A stretch of DNA of 57,267 nt, filler included, from Asterionella formosa (Eukaryota): assembly GCA_002256025.1 (NCBI GenBank). It is 5 parts of 5 records of this genome, joined end to end, with 100 filler letters (N's around TTAATTAATTAA, not from the genome) between each part and the next. Parts side by side here need not be neighbours in the genome. Positions count along the whole stretch, not along the records: positions 1 to 11,407 come from NKIB01008542.1; positions 11,508 to 22,901 come from NKIB01008543.1; 3 more parts are not named here. One strand, written 5' to 3'. Below, piece after piece: positions 1 through 12,094 of this stretch. How positions within the stretch are numbered: position 1 is the first letter of the stretch; every line of letters starts with the position of its first letter. The notes below the pieces were generated by a model that saw only the letters and a list, made by a program, of their open reading frames with translations, ran no database searches and was not told the origin of the DNA. The position numbers and the translations under genes are program-made.

Positions 1-740
1 GCAATACATAACGAAAAACATTGTGGCTTCGACACATTGCGCATTCGAAGGATGGAGAATGTTTAAGGTAATGAAGCCATCAATGTGGTACTTGGATGAC
101 AATCGTTGGGAGGCAGGCAGCACAACAACAAATTGTTAACTAAACGCAGCCACATTTCTTTTTTTCTCAGTTGATTCAACAGCTCGTTTTGCTTGTTGGG
201 GAGCACCAATGTAAAACAAAACCAAATTGCGTAAGTGCTCTTGTCGCTCGTTGGACCTATTCACTTCTGTTGGAACAAAACTAACAAAATGTTTACCTTC
301 TCTCAAAGTTAAGATGACAAAAATGAACCGGTAAGTTTTATTCGACAACATTGGATACCCGAAACTTACTTATTGGAGGACAAGAAAGGAAAGTTAACGC
401 AATAACGAAAAACATTGTGGCTTTTACACATTGCGCCTTCGAAGGATGGAGCATGTTTAAGGTAATAAAACCATCAATATGCTACTTGGATGAAAATCGT
501 TGGGAGGCAGGACAACAACACATTTCCTTTTTTCTCAGTTGAATCAGCAGCTCGTTTCGCTTGTTGGGGAGCACCAATGTAAAACAAAACAAAATTGGTA
601 AGTGCTCTTGTCAATGGACTTATTCACAACATAACTGACGGACACGCCACTTTAGTTTCTCTCAAAGTTAAGCTAACGAAAATGAATCGGTAAGTTTTAT
701 TCGGCAACATTGGAAACCTGAAACTTACTTATTCAGGAAT
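1..740. repeat. Diverged tandem duplication (~400-bp unit) in degenerate TE-like DNA
   Basis: GCAATA..ACGAAAAACATTGTGGCTT..TTCGAAGGATGGAG..GGGGAGCACCAATGTAAAACAAAAC..GAAACTTACTTATT occurs from position 1 and again from ~399, with scattered substitutions and indels. Confidence 0.85.
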
Positions 741-3158
741 TTACTGACAAGTTACTATTACAGACTTATGCATCACTTGCTTTGATTTGGCTGTGGTAAG
801 TGAAGCAAGCGAGAGGATACAATGGAATGGCGTGATGCTGTGTCAGTGTAACATGTCCAGCTAACAAGTCATTCCTTCTCATTGTTATTGTATTTGCATA
901 GCACAATAAAACCGATCAAACAACGGAATAGTCGGCGAGTTCAGAATGACACTAACAGCAGGGAGAGAGACGCAACATTAGTAAGGCATTGCTTGGCACA
1001 AGATTCAGAAAAGAGGAAGAAAAGGGTGGGACAGGAACAATATACATTGACCCCAGTAGAGAGAGAAACATTGGGTCGCTGGCATGTAAATAGATAGCAT
1101 TGCTTAATTTGATAGTTAAATTACAATCCATTTCAATCTTTTTTTTACAATGCTTGTGATTAGAATTATGATCATGTTTATGATAGATTTACGATGAAAT
1201 AATTCACAAGATAGCATAGAGTTGAGCTGGTTTTAGGATACGTTGTAGTTATAATTTACATCGGGCAATCACGAGAAGTGAAAATAATATGAGAAGGTTT
1301 ATGATATTGATGGGAAATGTTCTTGATCAGTTTTATACATTGTGTGATGATAATGTTCATATTATCATTATACTTCAAGGTTGGTAAAATATTAATAAAT
1401 CATCATAGTTACAAGATACCTTGATCATATTTTTGATCCAAAAATTATCATATATACGAAAATCCTGTGCCACTTAGCATACGATACCCTTGATCCTATA
1501 TGCATGATACTTTTTATTTGCAGACGTACCTTCAGCTGATCATCATTGATTGTACATGTACCAGTACAAGAATGCAGTTTGCCTTCAAAAAAATCATGTT
1601 GACTTTTCTTGCTGTCTCATGCCTTTCTGTGAACGCCACACCAGAGCCGTAAGTCTTACTTGATTTGTTGTCTTGCCTTTCTTGTTGGACTGTTTCAAAT
1701 TGTGCGGTATGTATTTTTTCGTTTCCTTTTCCTTTTCCGTTTGAATTGTCCTTTGTAGGCTGCATCATTGTTCTGTCGCTTTTCCTTTTGTCTCCAGGAG
1801 TATTCTTGCAGTTGTGACATCTCCATTCCACATTGCTTGTACACATCCTTTGTATATTGTGTAGCTCCTTCTGTGTGCTGCCCAGCGACCAAAGAAACTC
1901 GATATTGCAGGCCACCGGATCCAGCAAACACATTGTTTTAGGACTTTGTCGTGACACTGCATTGTTCACTACATGAGAAACAAATCTCGATATGCAATGA
2001 AACAAAGCTGTTCTATCAGAATGGAATCTTCAGTCTTGAGAAGGCAGGCATTATGAAACATCTGTTAGTACATTGCAAGACAAGAAGAAGCCATTCATTC
2101 ATAAGGGGGAAATTCTTCACTCTTGAACAGGCATCATTCTACAAAGTTGCAACATGAATGCATCCTCACACACTGGCTTCCTTCTTGTCCTTGAAATGAC
2201 TTCTTCATTGACCCCCCTGTAGAGATTTACATAGCAACAGTGTGTCAGTAATTCATATGATAGAACTAGCAACAGCAGAAAGCAACACACAGATGTGGTA
2301 GTATTCAACTGTTTCTCGGGGTAGTCGAATTGAAACAACAAAATGGCATCAGCCAGGCAGCACCACAACTCACTGATGCTTTCAAGAGAATGCTCCTGTT
2401 GTGAAAGGGACGGCTACAATGTAATATAAATGTAGAAAACAATAACAGAACCATGTGATTTCTTGCTCGCTTTGCTGATACAATTATGAAAACTGAAGAT
2501 TAAGCTCACCTTGAAGGCCTCCATTGCGGGTCTCCATATTGTGTCATTTCATCTGCTATCACTCATACTTTCCAAAGAACACTGCTCTTCTGAAAAGGCC
2601 TGTTCAAATGTCAAATGAATGTTGAAAACAACAGCATATCATGATTTATCCCTCGCTTCGTGATATGATAGCAAAAATAGCAAGCAAATAAATCTTACCT
2701 TAAAAGCATCGATTGCTTACAATCTCAATGTTGTGTCATTCCACCTTCTATTGTTTCAACAAACAATATGTGAGTTCTTGGCTGATGAAGGATTTCTTAA
2801 TGGTGATGCGCTGAAAAGTTTAAAGGGGATGCTGCTTTTAAGGGTCGTCCCCATGTTGAAAACATATATTGTGCACAGTGGTGTTTAAATGTTGTCTTTA
2901 TGAATTCAGAGGGTCAAAAATCCTGGCGCAGCCATGACTTCATCTTTGTACCAACAGAACCTACAATCTACATGAAAAAAGCTGGCGCAGTCTTACTTCG
3001 TTGGGAAAAATTCTGATGCTACAAGTGTGACCTTAAACAAATACTGGTATGACAAGAAGGAGAGGAGACAGCCAGTGGTTACTCTTAAGATATTCACAGT
3101 ACGAACGCCATATTCTATTGTAATAAGGGGAATACGGGAAGCAATCATGCTATCTCTT

Positions 3159-3540
3159 TTATCTACTTTTGTTTGACAATACTTTTACAGGAACACTTCC
3201 CACTGAGATTGGACTCTTGACAAGTCTATTTTCTCTAGATTTGTCTGACAATAAATTCACTGGCACACTTCCCACAGAGATTGGACTCTTGACAAGTCTC
3301 AAATATCTAGAATTGTCTTTCAATACATTCACTGGCACACTTCCCGCTGAGATTGGACTCTTGACAGGTCTCACTCTTCTAGATTTGTATGACAATGCTT
3401 TCAATGGCACACTTCCCACTGAGATTAGACTCTTGACAGGTCTTTACTGATCTATATTTGTCCAGCAATACTTTCAATGGCACACTTCCCACAGAGATTG
3501 GACTCTTGACAGGTCTCAATGATCTATTTGCATACAACAA
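3159..3540 (+). pseudogene. Orphan fragment of a plant-type LRR (24-aa repeat) gene
   Basis: About five 72-bp repeats encoding LxLxxNxFxGTLPTEIGLLTxL. Frameshift and stop near 3445-3450, no N-terminal region, and the 3' end abuts TTAGGG repeats. Confidence 0.85.
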
Positions 3541-3563
3541 TTAGGGTTAGGGTAGGGTTAGGG
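3541..3563 (+). repeat. Interstitial telomere-type repeat
   Basis: TTAGGG TTAGGG TAGGG TTAGGG. Confidence 0.85.
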
Positions 3564-4105
3564 AAAAGGGACGACGCCTCTAGGCGTCCTCCCTATAGAG
3601 CATCCAGCCCTTCTAGGGCTGGGCATGTAACTGTAGCACACAGTATGACTAATCCTATAGATGGAAACTGGTATGAGAATGAATGTGTTAGTACTGGTTG
3701 TTTGTCTTTTGATATGAATATGTAGAAGTGCACTGTGTTGTACTTACCAGAGTGATGGCCATGTAAAAATGTTATACATTATTACGTTATGCATATCTGC
3801 CTGTTAAGGTGTATATATATAAAATTTCGCATTCTGTTAGGATTAGGGAAAAGGGACGACGCCTCTAGGCGTCCTCCCTATAGAGCATCCAGCCCTTCTA
3901 GGGCTGGGCATGAAACTGTAGCACACAGTGTGACTAATCCTATAGATGGAAACTGGTATGAGAATGAATTTGTTAGTACCGGTTGTTTGATTTTTGATAT
4001 GAATATGTAGAAGTGCACTGTGTTGTACTTACCAGAGTGATGGCCATGTAAAAATGTTATACATTATTATTATGTAATGCATGTCATGTATATAAAATTT
4101 CGCAT
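3558..4105. repeat. 285-bp tandem duplication; each unit starts TTAGGG and carries two GC-rich hairpins
   Basis: TTAGGGAAAAGGGACGACGCCTCTAGGCGTCC... at 3558 and 3843. Stems GACGCCT/AGGCGTC (3573-3588) and CCAGCCCT/AGGGCTGG (3604-3622) are identical in both copies. Confidence 0.9.
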
Positions 4106-4330
4106 TTGCGGGTGCGTCCCGACTGACATGGTGAAGTGCCAATATTTGTTGTTACTTTTAGGTGGAGTTTAGCAATTCCATGGGCATGGCAACAGTTGCG
4201 GCATGATGGTACATCGATGTTATGGTTTGAAAAATGTAATTGCTGTCGGTAGGAAAAAGATCTTCATGTCATATTTGAAGATGAGGTGGGTTCACTGAAT
4301 CGATTAAAGACTGTGCCAATTGGACAAGAA

Positions 4331-4348
4331 TTAGGGTTAGGGTTAGGG
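4331..4348 (+). repeat. Interstitial telomere-type repeat (TTAGGG)3
   Basis: Three perfect TTAGGG units at the point where the Mutator-like reading frame breaks off. Confidence 0.85.
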
Positions 4349-5449
4349 TAATCTGAGTGTCAAAAGGATGATGCAAAGATAGCAGCTTTTCGCCTTCGAC
4401 TTTCGTTGCAACATGCAACATCAACCATTGATATAATTTCGCTTCTTTTACCTTGTCATGAAATTTTCCGTTGCTAACATTTTTCCTGCTTTTACAGGGC
4501 ACATGTCTCAGAGCAGTAATCATGGCAGCCAAACACCAAGCAAGTGGTTGATTAGTGCCTTAGAGGATTCTGTGAATTTGGTCAAAGCAAGGTTGCGATT
4601 TTTCTTGATCCAGGCCCCGTAGTAAATCTTTAGTCGGAGGCAATCTGCTTTTGAATGACATCCAAGGGAGACTGGGCCATTGGCTTTCAGAAATGCAGGG
4701 CGGAGTGGGACCCTTATTCTGTGGGATGGGTCAGACAAAAATTTAGGTTTGGGTATATTCAGTGGAAGGCATCCTTTGTCAGATTTTTTAAATCCTTTCA
4801 ATGTTCTTGGCCATTGGAAGGATGGCTGTAGTTTCAACAACTCCTTATAAGACCATTTGGAAACAGCTCTAATAGTAGAATCAACATCACAGATGATTGT
4901 AGAGTAGATAACATTGTACTTAACAACTGCATCAATCACCATTTCCACACCAGCATCTGGTTCCATTGCCTTTGAACTACCAGTTATGTGATTCTTGGGG
5001 CAAACATGTTCCTTGATTTTTTTCTTGTACTGGATAGCCCTGTCGCACATAGTATTACAGACCTTAGATTTCACACGATAGTCTAGTATCTTTTTCGTGT
5101 AGCCACAAATACAAAAAGCATGTCCATTTACAGAATTGTACTTATTCCTGCTGGATCGCTGCTGCCAGCCTGGCAGTTACGATATGGGCTGAGCCCATAT
5201 CGTAACTAACGGTGAGTCACGGCATATTGAGTACAGACAAGCGTTCTGTAGCAGTAAGACTGTTCCACCAAAAAAATCACGTCCTTTCTCAGAACAATCT
5301 CCACATTCATGCACATTGAGTGCCTGATATATTTCTTCCTGGCACGCCTCTTTCATTGCAAGAGCGGTTGCAGCATCTTCACCAGCCTTTCCTACCATTT
5401 CCTCTACAACACCTTAGTTGCCTTTTGAAGTGTCTGCAAATGAAGACCA
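4349..5449 (-). pseudogene. Mutator-like (MULE) transposase pseudogene, catalytic part
   Basis: Motifs LTVSYDMG/WQQRSSRNKYNSVNGH, CPKNHITGSSKAME, IICDVDS, SDPSHR and HPFDTQ read across frameshifts and stops. Confidence 0.8.
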
Positions 5450-5975
5450 TCATATTCCTATGATGCATCATAGGATGATGATCATCTAATCATAATTTTT
5501 CGTTATATCATCTAATAATTTTGATAAATGCCCTCATAATTTAAATAGTAACCCTTTTGACAATGGAAATTTAATTATTATATGTATTTTTTCTTTTAGG
5601 TTCCTTTATTTAAATTTCTTAGTAGGATAATGTACGAGTTAAAGTAATGCTGTGGTTTGGCTCATCATCCTCTCCAGTCCTCACTCTGATTCTTGCAACA
5701 ACAAAAAAGCAGCCATGTTGAGAGGAACAAGAGTTTGTGATAAAATCTTCATTTGTCGTTCAAGTCATCATATGTCTTCGATGAATCAAGAACGTAATAC
5801 ATCTAGAATTGAAACGCAGCATAGCAGGCGATATGCACTAAGAAGCATGAGACTGTCCATTTATAGTAACAGAGTGATTCTGGTTTCGTAATTTTCATAT
5901 CTCATCAGATTTCCTTTGTCATCGTACTAGTTCCTTACCTTTGAAGACAGGAGCGTATTCTTTGATGTATCTGGA

Positions 5976-6080
5976 ATGGTTCAATGGATGGCAACAGTTG
6001 GATGTAGACTCAAACCTCAACAAAAGCACTACTTTGTAGATGTTCATAAAAAGCCAGACACTTTGGCCTATCGCCCACCA
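5976..6080 (+). pseudogene. Degenerate DDE-type transposase fragment
   Basis: WMATVGCRLKPQQKHYFVDVHKKPDTLAYR resembles the W..GF.Y...K.YYVDGHE.P....YR motif of IS630/Tc1-related transposases. Recognised by eye only. Confidence 0.4.
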
Positions 6081-8167
6081 GCCAAAATGCAAGAAGCAAG
6101 TCTATACTGCAAAAATGTAAGAAGCAAGCACAAGTTGAATGCCCATTTATGGATTCAAGTTTCAGTAGTGCAAAAATGTAAAATATTAGAAACCGGGAGT
6201 CACATTTCATCTAATTAGGGTTATCAATTTTACTGTTATTGATTGAGAGGACGATGCAATAGTAGAATGGCTGCCAAACGGGTGGGTGCAAACACAGAGA
6301 AGCCTACTAATTTACTCCCCAATGATCCCAGACCCTTCTTGGATGTCACTTGCTTTCTACAGAAAATGGAGAACAGCCGCCATGATCTGTTGATTGTTGC
6401 TTGCTGTAGGGTACCACTGACCAAAACCTCCAGAAATATCGTCAATGAGTTGCTTGTTTCTTGACTTGAATGCAAAAGGGATCGAAACCAGTGGAAAAAT
6501 CAAAAGGGAACTAAAATTTCTCTGCAAAGATCAGGAAATTTTTGAAAGAGAAATGAAGGTTCTTGGGAGGAAAAGTAAAGGGATAATTGCTTCTGGGCTT
6601 GTGGTAACAAGAATGGATTGACCCAAACAATGTTGACTAATAGGTACCCACCGGAAAAGGAAGCAAGGCTTTCGGCATCATCAATCTATACACAAGCCTG
6701 CGCCACCTGAAGTCAATATAGCTACCTCGACTTCATCAAAGAAGAAGTCGATGGGTGGAGCATGTGAGGAAAATCGGGGTTGAGGCTTTCTTGATGCCAA
6801 AGATCAGATGAAGGCATTGAGTAACCTGGGCCTGTGGTGCGCCAAAGGATAAAGAAAAATCTATGACAAGGGTGGTGAGATAGTGCTAGGAGCAAAAGTT
6901 ATTTTTCCTGAACGTATTCAAAAACTCTTATAGACAATAAATGAAGGCATACCATTGCTGCTCTTGGCTGGCTGACAGTTGCCAAGTCAATGTAAAAACA
7001 CAACAAGGGTTCACAAAAAACTGTCCCATTTTAATCGCCTGGCTGATACATAGTTTTGAGACTCACCATTCTGCAATGGGGTGGCTGGACTTCAATCATT
7101 GCTTCGTTCGAAGCACAATCAATTCGAATGCTGTCCAGTGAAACAGCCAATGAAAACAATTGTGGCGAAGAAGCGCAGAACAGATGAAGAGATTTCATAG
7201 GAATTAAAATAACAGGGCATATATGATGCACTGCTCCTTTTTTAGACTACTATAAATGATCATTTCCATATTTCATATCATACAGGTGCATGGATGACTC
7301 CTCCCACCCTTTCATTAGATATGCAGCCATGTTGTTGGGATAATTCTACAAGACCTAAAGGATTGGTAGTCTGGTGGTCATCATTTCCGCATTCTAATAC
7401 TATATACCAGTAGGAGTCATGTATGCATACATGCTGCAATAAATATTACAAGACATAAAAATCTGGTAGCTTGGGGGTTATCACTTCCGTACTGTATACA
7501 GGGGGGAAGGGGTTGCATGCATGAGCAACTACTCCGGTATAAACTATGATCTTTAATTAATAAATTTTGATTTGTTTATCCTAGTATACCTTTGATCATA
7601 ACATATTGATCATATGATAAACGGTGTCATTGATGAGAAAATAAAAGATCAAATTTTCTCTTTCAGAAATCAGGAGTAATTGATCTTAGAAATATGATCA
7701 AATGATTCTAAATACATGAGCATATTCAGTTTTCCGCTGCACTATTGCGGTACTCCCATGATAGAAGTAATACCCAGCAAGTATACAGTACTACCGGCAG
7801 GCCATGATATGAATTTTTTGAATGTATATGGTCAATGTGTCTATATAAATAAATTTATGAATTAGACCATTTGAAAAATTGATGACTCCTGTTTATTAAG
7901 GGGCTTTATTAAATCAGCCACTGACTTGTAGGTACAAGAATTGGCACAAAAAAATTGAAAAGATTCAACAGGTTGTGGAAAACTATGAATGCATCATAGA
8001 TTGTAAATATTTGAATTATGTATAATTAAAATTGATATTAGTATACACAGGATGTGCCGTATAATGAGCATGTTTAAAATTATGCAAATGTTCAACTATG
8101 TAAACATTTAAACTTACAAATCTTTATATGGATGTATTCATGGTGGCTGAAACATTTGAAATCATGT

Positions 8168-8525
8168 TTTCATGTGGTTCCTTGTCATACATACACTTTG
8201 CTTCTGAAATGAAGGATCATCACACATGATGACGCGGAAAACGAAAGTGATAATACATCACAAGGATACTTTCGGCTTAGAAGGAGTGACTATGGGGAGA
8301 AGGGCGGGATCAATTGATGGTAAGTCAAGAGCAAATGCCTTTCATGTTTCTTGTCATGCATACACTTCCTGAAATGAAGGATCTCAAGCTACACATGATG
8401 CGAAAAACTGAAGTGATAATGCAACACAATGATACACCATCCGGCTAAGAGGGAGTGAATATGATGGAGAAGGGCGGAATCAACAAGCTGTGCATAGCAT
8501 CACGGTTTGTCAAGAGCAAATGCCA
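8168..8525. repeat. Diverged ~175-bp tandem duplication
   Basis: TTTCATGT..CTTGTCAT..CTGAAATGAAGGATC..GGAGAAGGGCGG..GTCAAGAGCAAATGCC appears twice (units start ~8168 and ~8339). Confidence 0.8.
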
Positions 8526-9375
8526 GGATGATCAATTGCTTTTTGGGATTACAAATACGGAATGACTCGTCCCATTTCAGTGATTCAATAGCTCCTTTTC
8601 GATTTGTTGGCCAACCATCAATGCGGAAAAAAGAAATCGGTAAGTGCTATCATCTTTTGATCAATCCACAACTGTTAGAAAAACTGACAAATGTGTGTTG
8701 CTTCTTTCAGGATAATGGTAGACAAGCAGTTTTTGTAAGTTACAAACAACAGCATCATTGGAGCCCATTTATTGATCGATACTTTCTTATTCAATCTTCA
8801 ACTGACATATTCTTTTACACAAATATGCATCAGTTACTTCCTCAATTTGTGGAAAGTGAAGATAAAAGCGAAATGCATGTTGTTGTGTAAGCAAAACATG
8901 AACAGCTAACAATGAATTGCTTCTCTTTGTTCGTATGGCTGACTGGAACAACGAAACGGATTAAATAGTGATGAGAAAATGCGTGAATGCAAGCTCAGAT
9001 CCGTCAGGAGTACTAAATGGAGGAAAGCAGGGGAACAACGGCAAGGCAACCAGTACAACAACCTTCAGAATTGGATTGGGGGTAATGTGGAAGTGAAAGT
9101 GAAAGCTGAAGCACCAATCATTGCGATGAGAGCATTGTAGAACATTCTGTAGTCACTCAACATATAGAAAGCAACATAAAACCATTCTTAAATATAGTTC
9201 TAATTTTCGATCCATTTCATCCTATTTAGACAGTGATACTGATGAGAATTACGATCATGCAAAGATAGATGTATGACAAAAGTATACACATCATATGACC
9301 ATGTTTAACTAATTATATGATGCATTGGTATTATAACTATGATAGTATCATCATACTTCAAGTTTGGTAAGAGAT

Positions 9376-10034
9376 CAAAATCCAAAAGTAAGTTGTAAGT
9401 TCATTGCAGAGCAAATGACATCTGCATTGCCTGGTCCCATTCCGGCTTCATGACAACCCAAAATAATCTGTTTGTTGATAGAAAATTCTTTTGCTTCTAT
9501 TTCCTTTTTCGTTGCCTCACCATTGTCTTCAAAGTTGTTGCTTCTTGCAGATTCGAGTTTAGAAATAATTTCCTGACAGGTGAAACAGGAGATTTTGAAT
9601 TTCCTTGCCAAGCCGAAATTTTCTGTAGAAAAAAATCAACGGATTCTTCATGCGTAAAATTGATTGGTCAAGCATACTATCCTGGTCTAGAAATGCTTCA
9701 CATTGCTGTTCGATGGACAGCTTGTGATTTCTATTTGATTTAAAGTAAGTAACAAAGTCACGAAGTGATTGTTTGAAATATTCTTTTACAAATGTAATAA
9801 CACAATTTTTGCAACAAGTATCTTCCTGCAGCAACTTCAGTAATGAATGATGATTGATTAGATGATTCCGTTTAGTTGAGATTCTGGTTCGATTGTTGAT
9901 GTGATTGTTTTGGGGGGATGGAATGGTATTTTAGAGGACCACCAATTCTGGTTTTCATCCCCAATTATATTTCGACCTTCATGTCAACCAGTTCCAATTT
10001 CAGAAACAAGTCGACCACCTCTGGAACGCGGCAT
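9376..10034 (-). pseudogene. Mutator-like transposase pseudogene, N-terminal part
   Basis: MPRSRGG..., RNHLINHHSLLKLLQEDTCCKNC, then INKQIILGCHEAGMG..VICSAMNL. Cys motifs and the N.......G.G.....S.MN motif match the N-terminal half of this family. Stops and a frameshift are present. Confidence 0.65.
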
Positions 10035-11407
10035 ATTCCTGTTTCTGTTCTTGTTGCGTATTAAAATATAGAGCAAAATTGAAATATAAACAACGATTTG
10101 TGACATACTAGAGATCATTTCGAATACATGCCACCTCACTTCTGAAAGTTTTTGAAATGACATACGTAGGTGGATACTAGAAGTAGAAATTCTATTCAAA
10201 TGAATGAAAATAGGAAAGAAAACTTATCACTAGTAGACTTAGAATGTTAAAAAGAAGGCTTGAAAACAGTATAAACTTCGTTGGGGTCCTTTTTTTACAA
10301 GGGATTGAACCCCCTTCAAACAACAGTCAGGAAGTTCCTTCCGAATACCTTTTCCCAATGGTCCACAGAAAGCTCTGATCAAAAACTTGTACAGTAGGTT
10401 GCGGCCTTTTTTGATGGCGTAATATCTTCAGCCTTCATTCTTGTGAGAATGTAATCATCATCTAAATACTTCTCCACCAACTCTTCGACTTCATCCCATT
10501 GACACTGACATTCAGGGCAACAAAATCACAGCATTCACAGAAGATGCGATCCTCACATCCCTCCACTTCCGACTCTACAATCAACCGATCTTGGCATGTA
10601 GGACAGCTATCATGACTGTAGTTGAATTCGACGACGCCATTGCTGTCCAAATGGTGTGTATTTTCACTCATGGTGAATTGTTGCGTTTGTTTGTTTCTTT
10701 TCGGTACATAGTCATTAACAATATTTGCCATGTTGCCAGCTCGCATGAAACATATTTGTTCATTGTATTCTAGGGTAGTACATATGCATCGAGCAATGTA
10801 GATTGTATATAAATATATTTAGCGATTTCGAAAAGGAATCTATCTAAACACGAGCAAATTTCCACTGATTTAAATATTTCAAAAAAATCATGTCATCCAA
10901 AATTAATTCACAAAAATTCGTGGTTCCAGGGAATTTCGGCAACCCTTAGGAATATTTTAAATTTTGCCTTAGGGTTGAAATGAAGGAACCTTAAACCGAA
11001 AAAATCCATTCTCCGCAAAAGTAAAAACAAAATTGTATCACCAAAAAGTATCACGAAATACAATGGTTACGGGCTTGCTACAATCATGTGCATATCCCTC
11101 CAGGCTTCCCCCTAGACTATTTCGATAATTTTCCAGTACTAAAACCATTTAGGAAAACTACGCCTCCTATCATGTACCAGTATAGAATATATAGCTGATA
11201 TACCTGCTAAATTCTTGATTTGCAATGAGTCAACACAGACATGCAAGACCATCTTTACACTTCCTCTTGCAATCCCCTTTCAGGTTTACAGGCAATCAGC
11301 ACCATGTCATCATTGTCAGTGCACAACAATAAACATGTGGATCAATATTGGACTGAAGGTGCTGTGAATATCAATGATGGCAATGATGGCAATGATGATG
11401 ATGGTAA

Positions 11408-11507
11408 NNNNNNNNNNNNNNNNNNNNNNNNNNNNNNNNNNNNNNNNNNNNTTAATTAATTAANNNNNNNNNNNNNNNNNNNNNNNNNNNNNNNNNNNNN
11501 NNNNNNN
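11408..11507. other. Artificial scaffold linker
   Basis: N44-TTAATTAATTAA-N44, which places stops in all six frames. Confidence 0.97.
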
Positions 11508-11900
11508 TTTTGCGATTCTTTTGTACATACAAAACACAAGAGACGACAGGTAGTGGCTGTGAGCAGCTGGAGAATCCTTCATAATGTTGTCGTAACCTTG
11601 ACCACGACGAAAATACGAATTACCTCCACGAAAATAGAGAACGACGCTTTGCTACTTGCAGCCTGTATTAAGAACGACATGGAAAATACAATCGTAAAAG
11701 AAGTAAAGTAATAACACTAATAATGACAACGAAAATTGAGATCGCCGATAACAACATGAAGTCGCGTTTTTCTTGCGAGGTGAAGAACTCTCTCATTTTT
11801 CACAAGACGGAAATAATTGTCATATTAATACGTCTTAGAAAAATGTGCGCTATCCTGTATAAGTAAAGAAATGTACTTAGGTCCATTATAAGGGAAATCT

Positions 11901-11976
11901 CTTCATCGTCCTGGGCCCCCCCCCTTAAGTAAAATCAGTCACGGCTGTGTACATTGGGGGGTCCAGGACAATGAAG
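11901..11976. repeat. Short inverted-repeat (MITE-like) element
   Basis: CTTCATCGTCCTGGGCCCCCC ... GGGGGGTCCAGGACAATGAAG, 19 of 21 positions complementary. Confidence 0.65.
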
Positions 11977-12003
11977 TATACGGGTACTCATGCACTTTGT
12001 ACC

Positions 12004-12094
12004 TGCAAGTTGTGGTAAATTTGCTGAAACTAAAGATTTAGATAAATTTATTATTCATTAAATTGTTTATTTAAGCAAAATGACCGCAACTTGC
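12004..12094. repeat. ~90-bp MITE-like element, copy 1
   Basis: Arms GCAAGTTGTGGTAAATTTGCT and AGCAAAATGACCGCAACTTGC; a related copy lies at 12373-12470. Confidence 0.65.

Larger units (their letters stand above)
5450..9375. mobile_element. ~3.9-kb composite insertion of decayed TE DNA splitting the Mutator-like gene
   Basis: Removing it joins SAMNLQLTFGF (right side) in frame with WSSFADTSKGN*GVVEEMVGKA (left side). The interior is AT-rich, has internal duplications and no intact ORF. Confidence 0.6.

Noticed and set aside
3519..4010. Two near-identical short ORFs (68 and 73 aa)
   Set aside because: By-products of the 285-bp tandem repeat; one reads through telomeric repeats (RVRVGLG) and neither resembles a known protein.
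3558..4105. Hammerhead ribozyme (Penelope-like) in the tandem repeat
   Set aside because: No CTGANGA...GAAA core was found on either strand.
11452..11463. TTAATTAATTAA palindrome recurring every ~11.5 kb
   Set aside because: Assembly spacer embedded in Ns, not biological.
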